Source: Alloascoidea hylecoeti
Lineage: Eukaryota
Direction: 5' to 3'
NCBI GenBank assembly: GCA_001600815.1
Contig: BCKZ01000002.1
Coordinates: 558,001-622,000, forward strand
Length of the DNA stretch: 64,000 bases
Part shown: piece after piece, positions 1-11,065 of the stretch
Layout of the letters: the number at the start of each line of letters is the position of its first letter
Position numbering within the stretch: the first letter of the stretch is position 1
The notes under the pieces: generated by a model
Told to the model about the DNA's origin: nothing
The model's database searches: none
What the model saw: only the letters and a program-made list of their open reading frames with translations
Position numbers and translations under genes: made by a program

Positions 1-190
1 TTTCTTATGTTTACATAACCTCCATCCTTTTAATATTTGAATTCTACCCAAATTATAACCTTCAAAGTTCAAAGCAAAATACAGCTGTTTACAATATATC
101 TATAAGATTTTATATGTATTCTTTGCTCTAACTTTCTTATAGATGATTCGTTTGTTTTATGATCTTCTATATGAAACTTTAGCTACTTTC

Positions 191-859
191 CCTAACTCCG
201 GTATCAGCATCAGTAATCAGCATCAGTATCCACATCTATTACTACCACTCCGTGTATATTAACACATTTTTGAAACTCTGTTATATAATAATACCCTAAA
301 CTCCACTCCTAACAATTGTTTCATGTATTTCTAATAAATGTTGTACTTGAGTTGTAAATATCCAAGAATTTAAATCTTGCCTATAAGCTACTGTCGGAAT
401 GATGGTACTACAGACAATTCAAGGACTGTTTTGGGAAAGAAATTAGGGCTGTGATAGTAGAAGCTACAACAAACGGAACACCAATTGAGGCTGGATCGGT
501 TTGTGTCGGTCCCATCGAGTCATTTCGATTCTTCAAATTGTTTCGTTTCCCGAAACAATGGCCAAAGACATTTCCAACAACAAAGGAATTTTGCTTATAC
601 CCTTCACCGCAAATTCGAAACCTTCAATTAAAATGGGAATTCAACTTCAAAATTGTGGAGATGAATATATATTTACGGGCAAGATTTCCCTGATATTTAC
701 AATTTGAGTACCACATCTATTATTATAAAAAGCATAGAACAGTTGTTAGTAGTGGTCATTTTGGGGTATTATTATATAACATTAACAGAGCTTCAAAAAC
801 GTGGTAATATACAGTGGTATGTAGTCATAGATGTGGATACTGATGATTTTGGAGTTAGG
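191..859. repeat. Diverged inverted repeat (arms ~191-336 and ~721-859) around a coding-like fragment
   Basis: The reverse complement of 721-859 aligns by eye with 191-336 (CCTAACTCC...CAGTATCCACATCTAT...TTATATAATAATACCC...CTAACAA), with indels and substitutions. Confidence 0.7.
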
Positions 860-2048
860 TCGTATATCGCTAGCCTCCCTGTATTGGGAAAGCAAATTTC
901 CTTCACAAGAGCTATTTAATAATAATATAATAGATCTTAAGCTCTTTACCAATATAATTAATACCCCAGGTTCTAATATAGGTCTTAATATTAACAGACT
1001 CATCACCAGAATCATAACGGCAATCTAACTACAGATATAAGTTATTAGTCGATCATTGCTTGCTAATCTTGGATATCGATTTCATCAACACAAAATATAA
1101 TATCTAATGCTTAGTTCATTTGCTTGGTACTGGATTTAGTTCTACAACAAATAAAGTGAACTATTTTTTTATCTAATCTAGATCTTTTGGTACATAATAT
1201 CAATTGATAAACGTACCCTGAACTCTACCAACAATAGCTACACAATAACTATATTGATTTAAGCCTGAAAGATGAGTATGGAAACTCTTAATAACACATT
1301 TTTAATTGATATATGGACAATATTTTATTTTACACATACAATGGATATAAACTTAAAAGTTATATCCCAAATTTATAAATATGGTAAGAAGTTAGTCAGG
1401 AATAATCAAAAAATTGAACGTCTAACTAAGATACATAGATTTAAAGCATTTGAGATAATTATAATCTAGTTATATCATTCATCAGCTACATTAAGTAGTT
1501 GCAACTACTTGCCAATACGTCTCAAATTAAATTTTTACCAAATTTAAGTTTGTAACTTTATACAAAATTAAGAACTTTCAGAAATGTTGGCAATAATGTA
1601 AAATCTAATTCAAAAAATGATTCCAAATTTTTTATTAGAAATCAGGAGAGGATCGTAAAAAGTATAACCTTCCTTTACTGGTATATATAATAGCTATTAT
1701 ATTACAGCTCACTAATTAATCTATGTTTGAGCCCCTCAATTGGCCACCAATTTGTGTATGATGTTTGGTAAACCTACATCAACAAAGTAGTATGCCTACG
1801 GTATACTTATAACTAATAGTTATAGTCAAGCGATATTAATATGTAGTTGAATAATGAGTGGGGAAAAACAAAAATAAATGATACCATCATTTTAATTGGG
1901 TGAATGTAGAAAATGTGGCTTTATATGTGACACCAATATTAATATGACTCTAAGGGCTTATAGCTTAATTATGGGAAAACAAATATTAAAATTCAATTAG
2001 TCATATCTATCGTATAGAGGGTTGTATTCACTAATGCCACATTTGAAA

Positions 2049-5000
2049 CTAATTTTCAAATTCAACTAGTGGAGAGGTTTTAGGGTTACCTTGTTCCCCT
2101 TTACCCAAATTCAACGATGCAAATCCAATTCCCAATCCACCCAAATCTGCAACACTGGATCTAGACAATTCTTTTTGCCTCTGAAATTCTATTCTCTCTC
2201 GCTCATTATCCGGGGTTGATGCTGATGGATTTAAAACATCAACAACTTCAGTATCATTAAGTAGATCACGATCACGGTCACCAAGGCTTCCTGGGCCATA
2301 ATCATCTTCCTCATCTTCATCTTCACTAACGTTGGACTTGGCTCTTGATCTGATAGACCTATTATCTTCACTTGCCCTTGCGGCCATATCAAACTCATCC
2401 ATTCGTCGTTTGACTTCATTGGCCACACGCTTACCATCAGATATAATACCATCAAAGACATCACGTAGAGTTGTGGGTCTAGTTTTATTGTAATCAATAG
2501 AGCGATCCACATGAATAGAGTTAGGAAATGTTTCACTAAAGAAAAGTTCTAAGGTCTCATCTGCTAAAAATACCATTCGAAACGTTGCTAATGTAATGTA
2601 TCGAGGATGATTAGGATCAAGGGCTGCATTTGCACTCATACTTAATGGTTTGGATGCATTATTAATCTGAGCATTATTCATCAATGGATCAAAATCTGCA
2701 GGCAATTCTGCAGGGATTGCATATTCAAAAGCTCTTTGAATAAAACTACTGACGGAAGATAAATATCTTTCTTGTTGTTGATGCTCAAATGGTGTTCTAT
2801 CAACGTCGATCATATCCGGTATAACAATATCTGGATCATCAAAATCTATAGCTTCCTGTTGCTTCTTTTCATATTCCAAAAGTTTTTTCGCGACAGCTTT
2901 TTCAATTTCCTTTTGTGTTAATATATCAAGTTCTTCACATTCCCTCCATGGAGATGTGAGGTATAATAAATCTTCGGACATTTTCAAGATACCTTCTCTA
3001 TCTACTTTTTCTGTTCCTTCTTCATCATATAACTCGAAAAAATTGGACATTGAAGCCATAAGATCATTTCCAACCATATTATTTAATCCTTCAGCAACAT
3101 TTGATAGAGTCAAACTCCCCTGTAATTCAGTATCCCATCTACTAAATAAACGATATAAAAAATGTTCTTTTGGTAAGGGATCTAATCCTCTAATAGGAGA
3201 CTTTGATTTAGAATGATTACTATCACTCCTCGTCTTTCCATTCCTTTTATTATTTTTATCCTCGGGAAGTTTGGCCCAATCAGCAATGCCTGATAAGAAA
3301 ATTCTGAAAGAATCGAAATCCATTCGAGAGTTATTAATACTTGATCCTAAGCCTAATCTATCAGACTGGATTGCTGAGTAAAATCTATCATATATATTAC
3401 TAAGATCATTAGGTGTGATATTGGGAGTCCTTGGTAAATTTCTAATTTGTGTTCTTTTAACAAACGATTCGATACCTTCTAATACTGAATGCTTATGATT
3501 AGATCGTTCTTGGTTGATCATATCATCTGTAACAACACTAAATTCTTTAAAAGCTACAACCAGTAATTCTTGAAATTTTGTAATTGATCTATATTTCTCG
3601 TTTCTGGAATCTGGATGTGCAGAATGATCTAATGTTGCGAAGTAGTCCTTTAAGATTCCAATAAACATGCCATCATCAATAGCACCTAGCAATGCCTCTC
3701 CATTTACTTTTAAGATGGCTAACGCCACTTGAAATAAGGCTTTTGGGCCATTTAAAAAGAATACATCAACAATTCTAAATGCAAAAACCATTGGCATGGT
3801 ACTTATAAAAAATGATAAAAACCACGGTAAGGAAACAACAGAAAGTTGAATATCTGCTTTAACCATATTCTCCCATAAAACCGGCATTGTCTTTTCAACA
3901 AGAGCTTCAAAAACTTTTTGGTCTAACAATGTTCCATACATTGTGTTTGAGTAATAACCAGGAACCATTCTATCACACAAAACAGAAAGGCACCAGAAAG
4001 CCTGTTCTTCAGACATATAAATCAATAATGCTGCCATGACAATATTCATTGCTTGACAATATCCCACATCAGGATTCTTCCAACTATATGCAGTTAAAAC
4101 TCGTCTTAAGCGATCGATGCCTTCGTCAGATTGATAAGCGGGATATTCCGGTAGAGAACGATTAAGATCTTTTTCAATTTCATCGATTGCTAAAGATCTC
4201 TTTCCTTTATTTGCTTCTAAAATCTCTTCATATTCTCTTTGGTTTTGCATTCTTAAATATATAGAACCACATGATAACTCCCAGATTTCTCCTCTTAGTC
4301 GATTAGGTAAACCTACTCGAATTAATTTATAAAAAAGTGGTTGTTTGACAATAGTTAGATTACGACCATTTGTTCTAAAAAAATCAAACCATAGCCTCAT
4401 TTTGGACTTGTCTCGTAATTTTCTGGCATCACCTGGGTATCTAAAATTTTGGCCTAAACCTCCTGAAGGTGGGGCTGTCCTTTTCTGATGTTCGGATCGG
4501 GCTTCGTCTGAAACGGCACTCTCGGTTAAGAGATATTCGGAATATAAAGTATTTAAAAACTGTTTAAGGGCTTTCATATGAGGGACATTTGCTTTTAAAG
4601 CATTTCTTAAGTTATGAGAGAATTTTTCAGATTGAGATCTAATTCCTATCAATTGAATTATAAAATTTTGGCCATGATAAGTTGTAATTGAGAGGGCGAA
4701 AACATAAGACTTTGAAGGAAGACGTTCAACTCTTTTGATAGTGGCTAAGGCAAGAGTAAAGACAAAAGTATTTCTATCAAAAGTATCTCTAAAAATGAGA
4801 AATGCAGGCGAAAGAAATAGTCTTCCGGTGTAAAATTCGGATTCATTAGCAATGGCATTGGAATCGACAGGGCTCTGCGGAGAAGGAGGTTGAAACTGAG
4901 CCTGGATTGACTTGCTCCTATTTCGGATCAATTTTTTACCATAAGGGGTTGACATTGAAATCTCAGCTGCAGATTCATCAATGATAATTTCATCATTTGG

Positions 5001-5129
5001 GAGCCGGAACTCTTTGCGGAAAAGTTCGTCTCGGCTTGGCCTCGGTTCCCGTGGTTGAGCATTGTTCTTATCAAACAGTGAGGCCAGCGAAGTGGAAGCC
5101 TTGGTACGGATTGTATCGAGAAATGACAT
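2049..5129 (-). CDS. MDR1: Rab GTPase-activating protein (GRAM + TBC + EF-hand-like), Gyp2/Mdr1
   Basis: 1026-aa ORF with TBC motifs IEKDLNRS and GYCQAMN, an N-terminal GRAM-like region (FRLP..., GRLFLS) and an EF-hand-like FELYDEEGTEKVD. Confidence 0.88.
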   Translation of the reverse strand: MSFLDTIRTKASTSLASLFDKNNAQPREPRPSRDELFRKEFRLPNDEIIIDESAAEISMSTPYGKKLIRNRSKSIQAQFQPPSPQSPVDSNAIANESEFYTGRLFLSPAFLIFRDTFDRNTFVFTLALATIKRVERLPSKSYVFALSITTYHGQNFIIQLIGIRSQSEKFSHNLRNALKANVPHMKALKQFLNTLYSEYLLTESAVSDEARSEHQKRTAPPSGGLGQNFRYPGDARKLRDKSKMRLWFDFFRTNGRNLTIVKQPLFYKLIRVGLPNRLRGEIWELSCGSIYLRMQNQREYEEILEANKGKRSLAIDEIEKDLNRSLPEYPAYQSDEGIDRLRRVLTAYSWKNPDVGYCQAMNIVMAALLIYMSEEQAFWCLSVLCDRMVPGYYSNTMYGTLLDQKVFEALVEKTMPVLWENMVKADIQLSVVSLPWFLSFFISTMPMVFAFRIVDVFFLNGPKALFQVALAILKVNGEALLGAIDDGMFIGILKDYFATLDHSAHPDSRNEKYRSITKFQELLVVAFKEFSVVTDDMINQERSNHKHSVLEGIESFVKRTQIRNLPRTPNITPNDLSNIYDRFYSAIQSDRLGLGSSINNSRMDFDSFRIFLSGIADWAKLPEDKNNKRNGKTRSDSNHSKSKSPIRGLDPLPKEHFLYRLFSRWDTELQGSLTLSNVAEGLNNMVGNDLMASMSNFFELYDEEGTEKVDREGILKMSEDLLYLTSPWRECEELDILTQKEIEKAVAKKLLEYEKKQQEAIDFDDPDIVIPDMIDVDRTPFEHQQQERYLSSVSSFIQRAFEYAIPAELPADFDPLMNNAQINNASKPLSMSANAALDPNHPRYITLATFRMVFLADETLELFFSETFPNSIHVDRSIDYNKTRPTTLRDVFDGIISDGKRVANEVKRRMDEFDMAARASEDNRSIRSRAKSNVSEDEDEEDDYGPGSLGDRDRDLLNDTEVVDVLNPSASTPDNERERIEFQRQKELSRSSVADLGGLGIGFASLNLGKGEQGNPKTSPLVEFEN

Positions 5130-5831
5130 CAGGCACCCTTATTGGCAGCACGGTCACCTGTCTAAGTTTATCGGATATCCGGTCGAAATATCCCGAAGCT
5201 GTACTGAAAAAACCAACAAACTAAAGAGATCTGAAAGAATGAAGTAATGATAAAGAGCTGAAAATAGATGACTTAAAGGGCTTAACGGCGACCAGGCAGG
5301 GTAACCGAATCACGTGTTTAACTCTTTGTACGAATGCAGCCCGCTGCCAGCGAGTTCTTGGTTCTGTAGTGTAGAGGTTATCACCGTGGATTCTGATTCC
5401 ACAAACCCCAGTTCGAATCCGGGCAGGACCTTCTTTTTGAGATTTGGCCACACAATTGGGCTCATCGGTCAAATTTTCTTCAATTCCGGCACTAATATTG
5501 AAACAAGATCGATATCAGAGTTTAAAAATACGGAAATTGTAGGCTGCTCTAATGTTTCTGAAATCTGTAACTTTACAATTGGCTCTGATTTGGATTGTAA
5601 ATAATCCGTTATTATCTAACATTATTTTCTGAGGAATGCCAAAAATGTCGCCATTTTATTTTGCAAAGCCTTCTGCTAATTTGCTAAATTTAATATAATT
5701 AGCCAAGAATGGTGTCTGGGTGTTATAACCAGCCCTAAAGATCTCAAATACCAGTATATTTAATCTTGATAAACTACAATTAATTAATTCTTTCTTTTAT
5801 ATTTCGAGATTCTGAACTTAACACTCCCATA

Positions 5832-7297
5832 ATGTCTAAGGAATCCTCTACTAGCACGGTATGATTTTATTTTATTTTTCATTATGATTGAGAAACTTCA
5901 TTCAGTTCTTTTTGGTGAATCCGGGTTTCCGATCATCTCTAGAAGTTTTTGAAATTTCTAGAAGATAATGTATTGCATATTAAATAGACCACTTTGCTGA
6001 CTTCCTTTAGGCATCTTCGTCTTCTTGGGCGTCTTTCCTCAAATCCATTGCTTCTTATAATGGTGACTTATATTCCCTAACTGCACCCCCTTTTATTTTA
6101 TCTTCCGTTTCCCTTGTCGAATACTCACAGTTTTGGGGGGAGCATCCAGATTTACTCCTTGAGCCAAATTTTATCAATACCGATTCAGCTGTTGATGAGG
6201 AGGAAGCCTCTGTTAGAAGGTTGATTGCCGTTACAAGATGGTTCATTTCAACTCTGAGATCTCAATATTGTACTAGAAATGAAACATTGGGATCCGAAAA
6301 GAAACCATTAAATCCTTTCCTCGGTGAATTATTTGTTGGGAAATGGGCAGATAACACTCCGGATCAAAGGTTAGGTGAAACTGTCTTAGTTAGCGAACAG
6401 GTGTCTCATCACCCACCACAAACTGGCTATGCTATTTTCAATGATAAAAACAAAACTACTTTACAAGGTTATAATGCTATCAAGGCTTCATTTTCAGGCA
6501 TTTCTATGAGTGTTAAACAATTCGGTCATGCTATTTTAACCTACGAAAACTTGAATGAACAATATTTAATCACTCTTCCTCCTTTACATATTGAAGGTAT
6601 TGCTGTTGCCAGCCCATTTGTAGAATTAGATGGTAAATCCTACATTCAATCTTCATCCGGTTATATTACTGTGATTGATTACTCTGGCAGAGGTTACTTC
6701 TCGGGTAAAAAGAACTCTTTCAAGGCTAGAATTTATCGTGATAATGGATTAACGAAGAAAAAAGAAAATGCCTTGTACACTATTTCTGGTCAATGGTCCA
6801 AGATTTCCAAAATCACTCCACCTGCTTATACTCCGCTTATGAAAGTCAAAGCACGCTCTTCAACTGCTGAAGAAATATTCTTTGATAGTCAAAAGGCAGT
6901 ACCCCAACACTTAATTGTTAAACCTATTGAGGAACAAAATGATTTGGAAAGTAGAAAAGCTTGGAAAGAGGTAGCCGAAGCTATTAAAGTCGGAGATTAC
7001 GACTCAATTCATCAAGCTAAGAGTAAAATCGAAGAAGAACAACGTAGTTTAAGAAAGAAAGAAGGAGAAAATAAGCAACCTTGGAAAACGAGATTCTTTG
7101 TCAAAGATACAACGGAATCTAGTGATCCTGCGTCATTGAGTTTTATTAAGTTATCAAATCTTGCTGGGTTATCAACTAGTAATGTTCCGAGTGGTACCTT
7201 AACAGGGAGTAGTAAAGAAAAGCCTTCAAGTTCCGTATCTAATCACTGGAGATTTAATAGAAAACATTGGGATAATGAAACAGTTATTAAAATTTAG
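5832..7297 (+). CDS. KES1: Oxysterol-binding protein Kes1/Osh4; exons 5832-5858, 6011-7297
   Basis: Intron 5859-6010 (GTATGA...GCTGAC...TAG) restores SSSWASFLKSIASYNGDL...APPFILS. OSBP signature EQVSHHPP and KKPLNPFLGE present. Confidence 0.93.
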
Positions 7298-7488
7298 AAC
7301 CTATTAATGCTTAATTGTTTCTTAATCCACACTTAAATTATTAAATTTCACTGATCTTTTGTTTTTATAGTTCTATTAACTTTTATATATATTGAAAAAT
7401 GATTATAATTATAACTATATCTTTATATATCTTTACTATTGTCTCACGTTAAATATTTAGATCCTATATGGTTGTAATGAAATTAGAT

Positions 7489-7505
7489 TTAGGGTACAGC
7501 CCTAT
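7489..7505. promoter_or_regulatory. Near-palindromic Tbf1-type element TTAGGG-N5-CCCTAT upstream of RPL33
   Basis: TTAGGG 7489-7494 and CCCTAT 7500-7505; a further TTAGGG at 7602-7607. Confidence 0.5.
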
Positions 7506-7664
7506 AAAACATCATGTGCTATATAATGTATTTGGAAATAATGTCACACTTTTTCTATCTCCTCAGAGTAAATCTCAGCATGATAATAAACATCCAAACA
7601 ATTAGGGGAGAAGTGCTCAGAAATATCAAGTTAACTAAGCTGACAACATCTCTCTATATCAACA

Positions 7665-8419
7665 ATGACTGAATCACACAGACGTAAGTTTTTCATGTGG
7701 CAAGAATAACGTTGAAGTATTATGAGGAAGAGAAGGTGTTCACTTAAGTCTTTTCAACATAGCAACAGTGCATAATGAGCAACAAATCAAGTAAGGAACC
7801 AAAAATACACTAGAAGTCTGTTTGATACAACATGTTAATAAATTCATAAGACCGACAATAAATCTTAGAAAGATAAAAGATATCGATAATCAATAATTGT
7901 ATCCTATGAACGAAATATATGCAAGGTGATAAATAATGAATAAATGATTATACAATCCCAACAGTTGTAGATTTTAATTCATTATAAGCGAATATGGACA
8001 ATCTAAATCCTATCAACTGGACATTTTATTGAACACTTCTCTGAATCTATTCGATATACAATAAATCGACTCAAAGCTGTATTATTATATATTCTAACAA
8101 ATGTTTTGATGTAGTCTACGTCAAGGGAAAGCACATCTCCTACCAGAGAAGCAAGAGTGTTAACAACCCAAACATCTCCTTGATTCAGATTGAAGGTGTT
8201 ACCAGTCCATCAGAGGCCCAATTCTACCTTGGAAAGAGAATTGCCTATGTTTACCGTGCATCTAAGGAAGTCCGAGGATCAAAAATTAGAGTTATCTGGG
8301 GAAAAGTCACTCGTCCTCACGGAAACTCCGGTCTTGTTCGTGCAAACTTCAAAAAGAACTTACCAGCCAAGACATTTGGTGCTTCAGTTAGAATCTTCCT
8401 TTACCCATCCAACATCTAA
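7665..8419 (+). CDS. RPL33: 60S ribosomal protein eL33 (L35A); exons 7665-7683, 8115-8419
   Basis: Intron 7684-8114 (GTAAGT...TTCTAAC...TAG). Spliced product [20 protein letters not shown]...RIFLYPSNI. Confidence 0.97.
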
Positions 8420-8738
8420 GTTGATTCGAGAAACGAGGCAACTTCATTATTAGTGCTATAAAATGGCTGTTAATATTACTTCTCTATTATTAGGTTTTTT
8501 ATAAAGACGTATAATATAATCATGTATCCATTTATACACATTATTTATCCAAGGTGCATTGTGTAGCTACAATTATAATCTGCTAGATCGCTTGTAACTT
8601 GCAATTGTAAGATCTTGTCCAATGTCCGGGTAATTAATATACAATATTGCAAGCAGCCAATCAGACGGGATTGTTTATCATTATTCTCCTTCTTTCACTT
8701 TTTCTTTCTCATCTCTTTAATTCTAACAACCGCACATA

Positions 8739-9060
8739 ATGATTCCATTTGAGGCTTTGATTCCATGGGGAATCATTTTCACTGTAAGTGTTTTCGTACT
8801 TTCTACATCTTATATATTTATTTTAACAGGGGGTTTCTTAGTTTTACACTTTCATTGGTGGATCTGTTTCAACCATTCGTTATTACAAAAACGGTTATAA
8901 AAGAGATAGATGGAACATCGATAAATGGGAGGATCAGTTAATAGATCGTGACTTTCGCCTGACTGGTGAATTTAGAGCTCAATCAGATAAACCCATCGCA
9001 CCAGAGGCATTCAAGGTTAGTGCATGGAGAAAACTTCAAATGAATCAAAAAGATTGGTAA
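8739..9060 (+). CDS. NDUFA1: Complex I accessory subunit NDUFA1/MWFE (NIMM); exons 8739-8783, 8842-9060; 87 aa; absent from the ORF track
   Basis: Intron 8784-8841 (GTAAGT...TTTAAC...TAG). Product MIPFEALIPWGIIFTFYTFIGGSVSTIRYYKNGYKRDRWNIDKWEDQLIDRDFRLTGEFRAQSD matches the family pattern (FEAL.P ... RD.RLTG). Confidence 0.88.
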
Positions 9061-9729
9061 ATCGTTTCAAAAAAATGTTTGAGACCTTTATTAGTTGGGT
9101 TCTGGGTTCTGGCTTATTTGAAGTTTGGTGGGATTAATTGTACTAGTGGTGAGAAACCTTCTCCAGTTATTCAGTATCTATTTGCATTTTTGAATGATAT
9201 AGAGAACACTATATACTACAATTATTCAATACAAATTTCTTGGTTTTAATGATAGACACCTTTTTTATTGGAGTAATTTGTAAATGAACGGTCATAATTG
9301 AAAAAATTCCCATTGATACTCATCAATTATGTGTGTACATGCGTTATAAAATTAATGTTTCTTCTATGAATTTAAAGGTACACACCCATTTGTATTGCTT
9401 TGTAGTGGGTATAAGAACTTATACATATACCATGTCTATTTGGATATTAAATCGGTATCATAATCTTTATCACTATATATACTTTAAAAGAGATCGATAA
9501 TACTTTTTATAGACATTTATTCATAATAATATATTCAATTAAATCATATCAACATAAATAATTTTGGGGGGCTATTTACAATAGATTAGACTGTCAAATC
9601 TATAACTTACACAAATGTTAACAAATAATCATGATGCTTGTTCATTATTTTCAGCATTCGAGAAACTTTGACTATAAGATCTCAAAAAATTATTCAGTTA
9701 ATGACTTTTTTTGCTCCGTTTTTTTTGCT

Positions 9730-10470
9730 TTATTCTTCTCCTTTAACAACACCAACCTTTGCGGCTCTCAAAACACGGTTGTTTAAGGCATAACCAACTT
9801 GTTGGACATGGAAAACAGTACCTGGTTCCTTGTCAGGTTGAGGAATCTCAAAAGTAGCCTCATGTCTATTAGGATCGAACTTCTCACCGGCTGGGTCAAT
9901 CTTTTCTAAGCCATGTTTTGATAAAGTCTTCTCAAAGATATCTTGAACCATTTTAATGCCTTCATATAATTGTTTGATATCATTATTCTCATTTACTGTT
10001 TTTCCATCGACGGCATCAAGGGCAAAATGAAAATTATCAACAGATTCAATTAAATCTTTACAGAATTTTGCCAAGGCAAAATCCTTAGCCTTCTGAATTT
10101 CTCTTTTAGTTGTTTCTTGTAAATTACGGAATTCGGCAACTTGACGAATATATTTATCTTTATATTCAGCAACTTCTTTATTCTTTGCTTCTAATTGTTC
10201 TTTAAGAACATCTAACTCTGATTTTTCGATTGGTGGTTCCTTGGAACCATCGGTAGAAGTTGGCTCCTTGACTTCATTGGAGGAGGCTGCTGCTTCTGTT
10301 GTGTCCTTTGATTGGGATTCTGTGGAGACAAATCGTCTGCCTAGAGAAATATGCATGGGTTGAGATCTCATTACTCGTAGAGTAGGCAAAACTTTAGAGG
10401 TAGCCACCCGAGAAGTCATGACTCTTGGTTTAATAGCTAAACTAGCCAAATTAATAAAATTTCGTTGCAT
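9730..10470 (-). CDS. MGE1: Mitochondrial GrpE nucleotide exchange factor
   Basis: GrpE motifs FDPNRHEA and GYALNNRVLRAAKVGV; basic presequence from ATG at 10470. Confidence 0.95.
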   Translation of the reverse strand: MQRNFINLASLAIKPRVMTSRVATSKVLPTLRVMRSQPMHISLGRRFVSTESQSKDTTEAAASSNEVKEPTSTDGSKEPPIEKSELDVLKEQLEAKNKEVAEYKDKYIRQVAEFRNLQETTKREIQKAKDFALAKFCKDLIESVDNFHFALDAVDGKTVNENNDIKQLYEGIKMVQDIFEKTLSKHGLEKIDPAGEKFDPNRHEATFEIPQPDKEPGTVFHVQQVGYALNNRVLRAAKVGVVKGEE

Positions 10471-11065
10471 TTTTCGATTTATCAATTTCTAGTAACAGAA
10501 AAATAAGGGTGAAAGTAATAGAAGCTTAAAGATCCTTTATAGTTCAAGGTTTTTCTTTTTGATTCATGTTCTGGTATCTGCTCGCAAGGTATGAAATTTA
10601 CACGCATGAAGGTTCAAGAATAATACCATAAATACGATATAGGGTTTCCATTTAATGTAGTCCACTTGACGCAACAATATTGGATTCTTGTTAAAAATGT
10701 TCGATAACTTCCTTTTAACCGAATGTAACTTATAGTTCAAAAGTTGACCGGTATTTATTCTTGACCATGGCCTGACATTACCTGTAGTACATTACGGTAA
10801 AATGTTTTAATTAATATATGATGGTACATAAGACAGCTGAAATTAAGTGGAAACACTGTATTATATTATGGCGATTATATGCCACAAAATCCAGATTTAA
10901 ATTTAAATAAATGATTAGCATTGAGGGTCAACGTAAATATTCTATTAACCATTTTCACACCTGAAGGCTATACAAGAATTCATATGTTATGTTCCATATA
11001 TTCATAAACTGTTTTTTTAACTATATAATTATAAAGAAGATGAGATTTAAATTCGAAATATGAAA

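Noticed and set aside
8827..8829. Alternative upstream CAG acceptor in NDUFA1
   Set aside because: It overlaps the branch motif and would introduce an in-frame stop.
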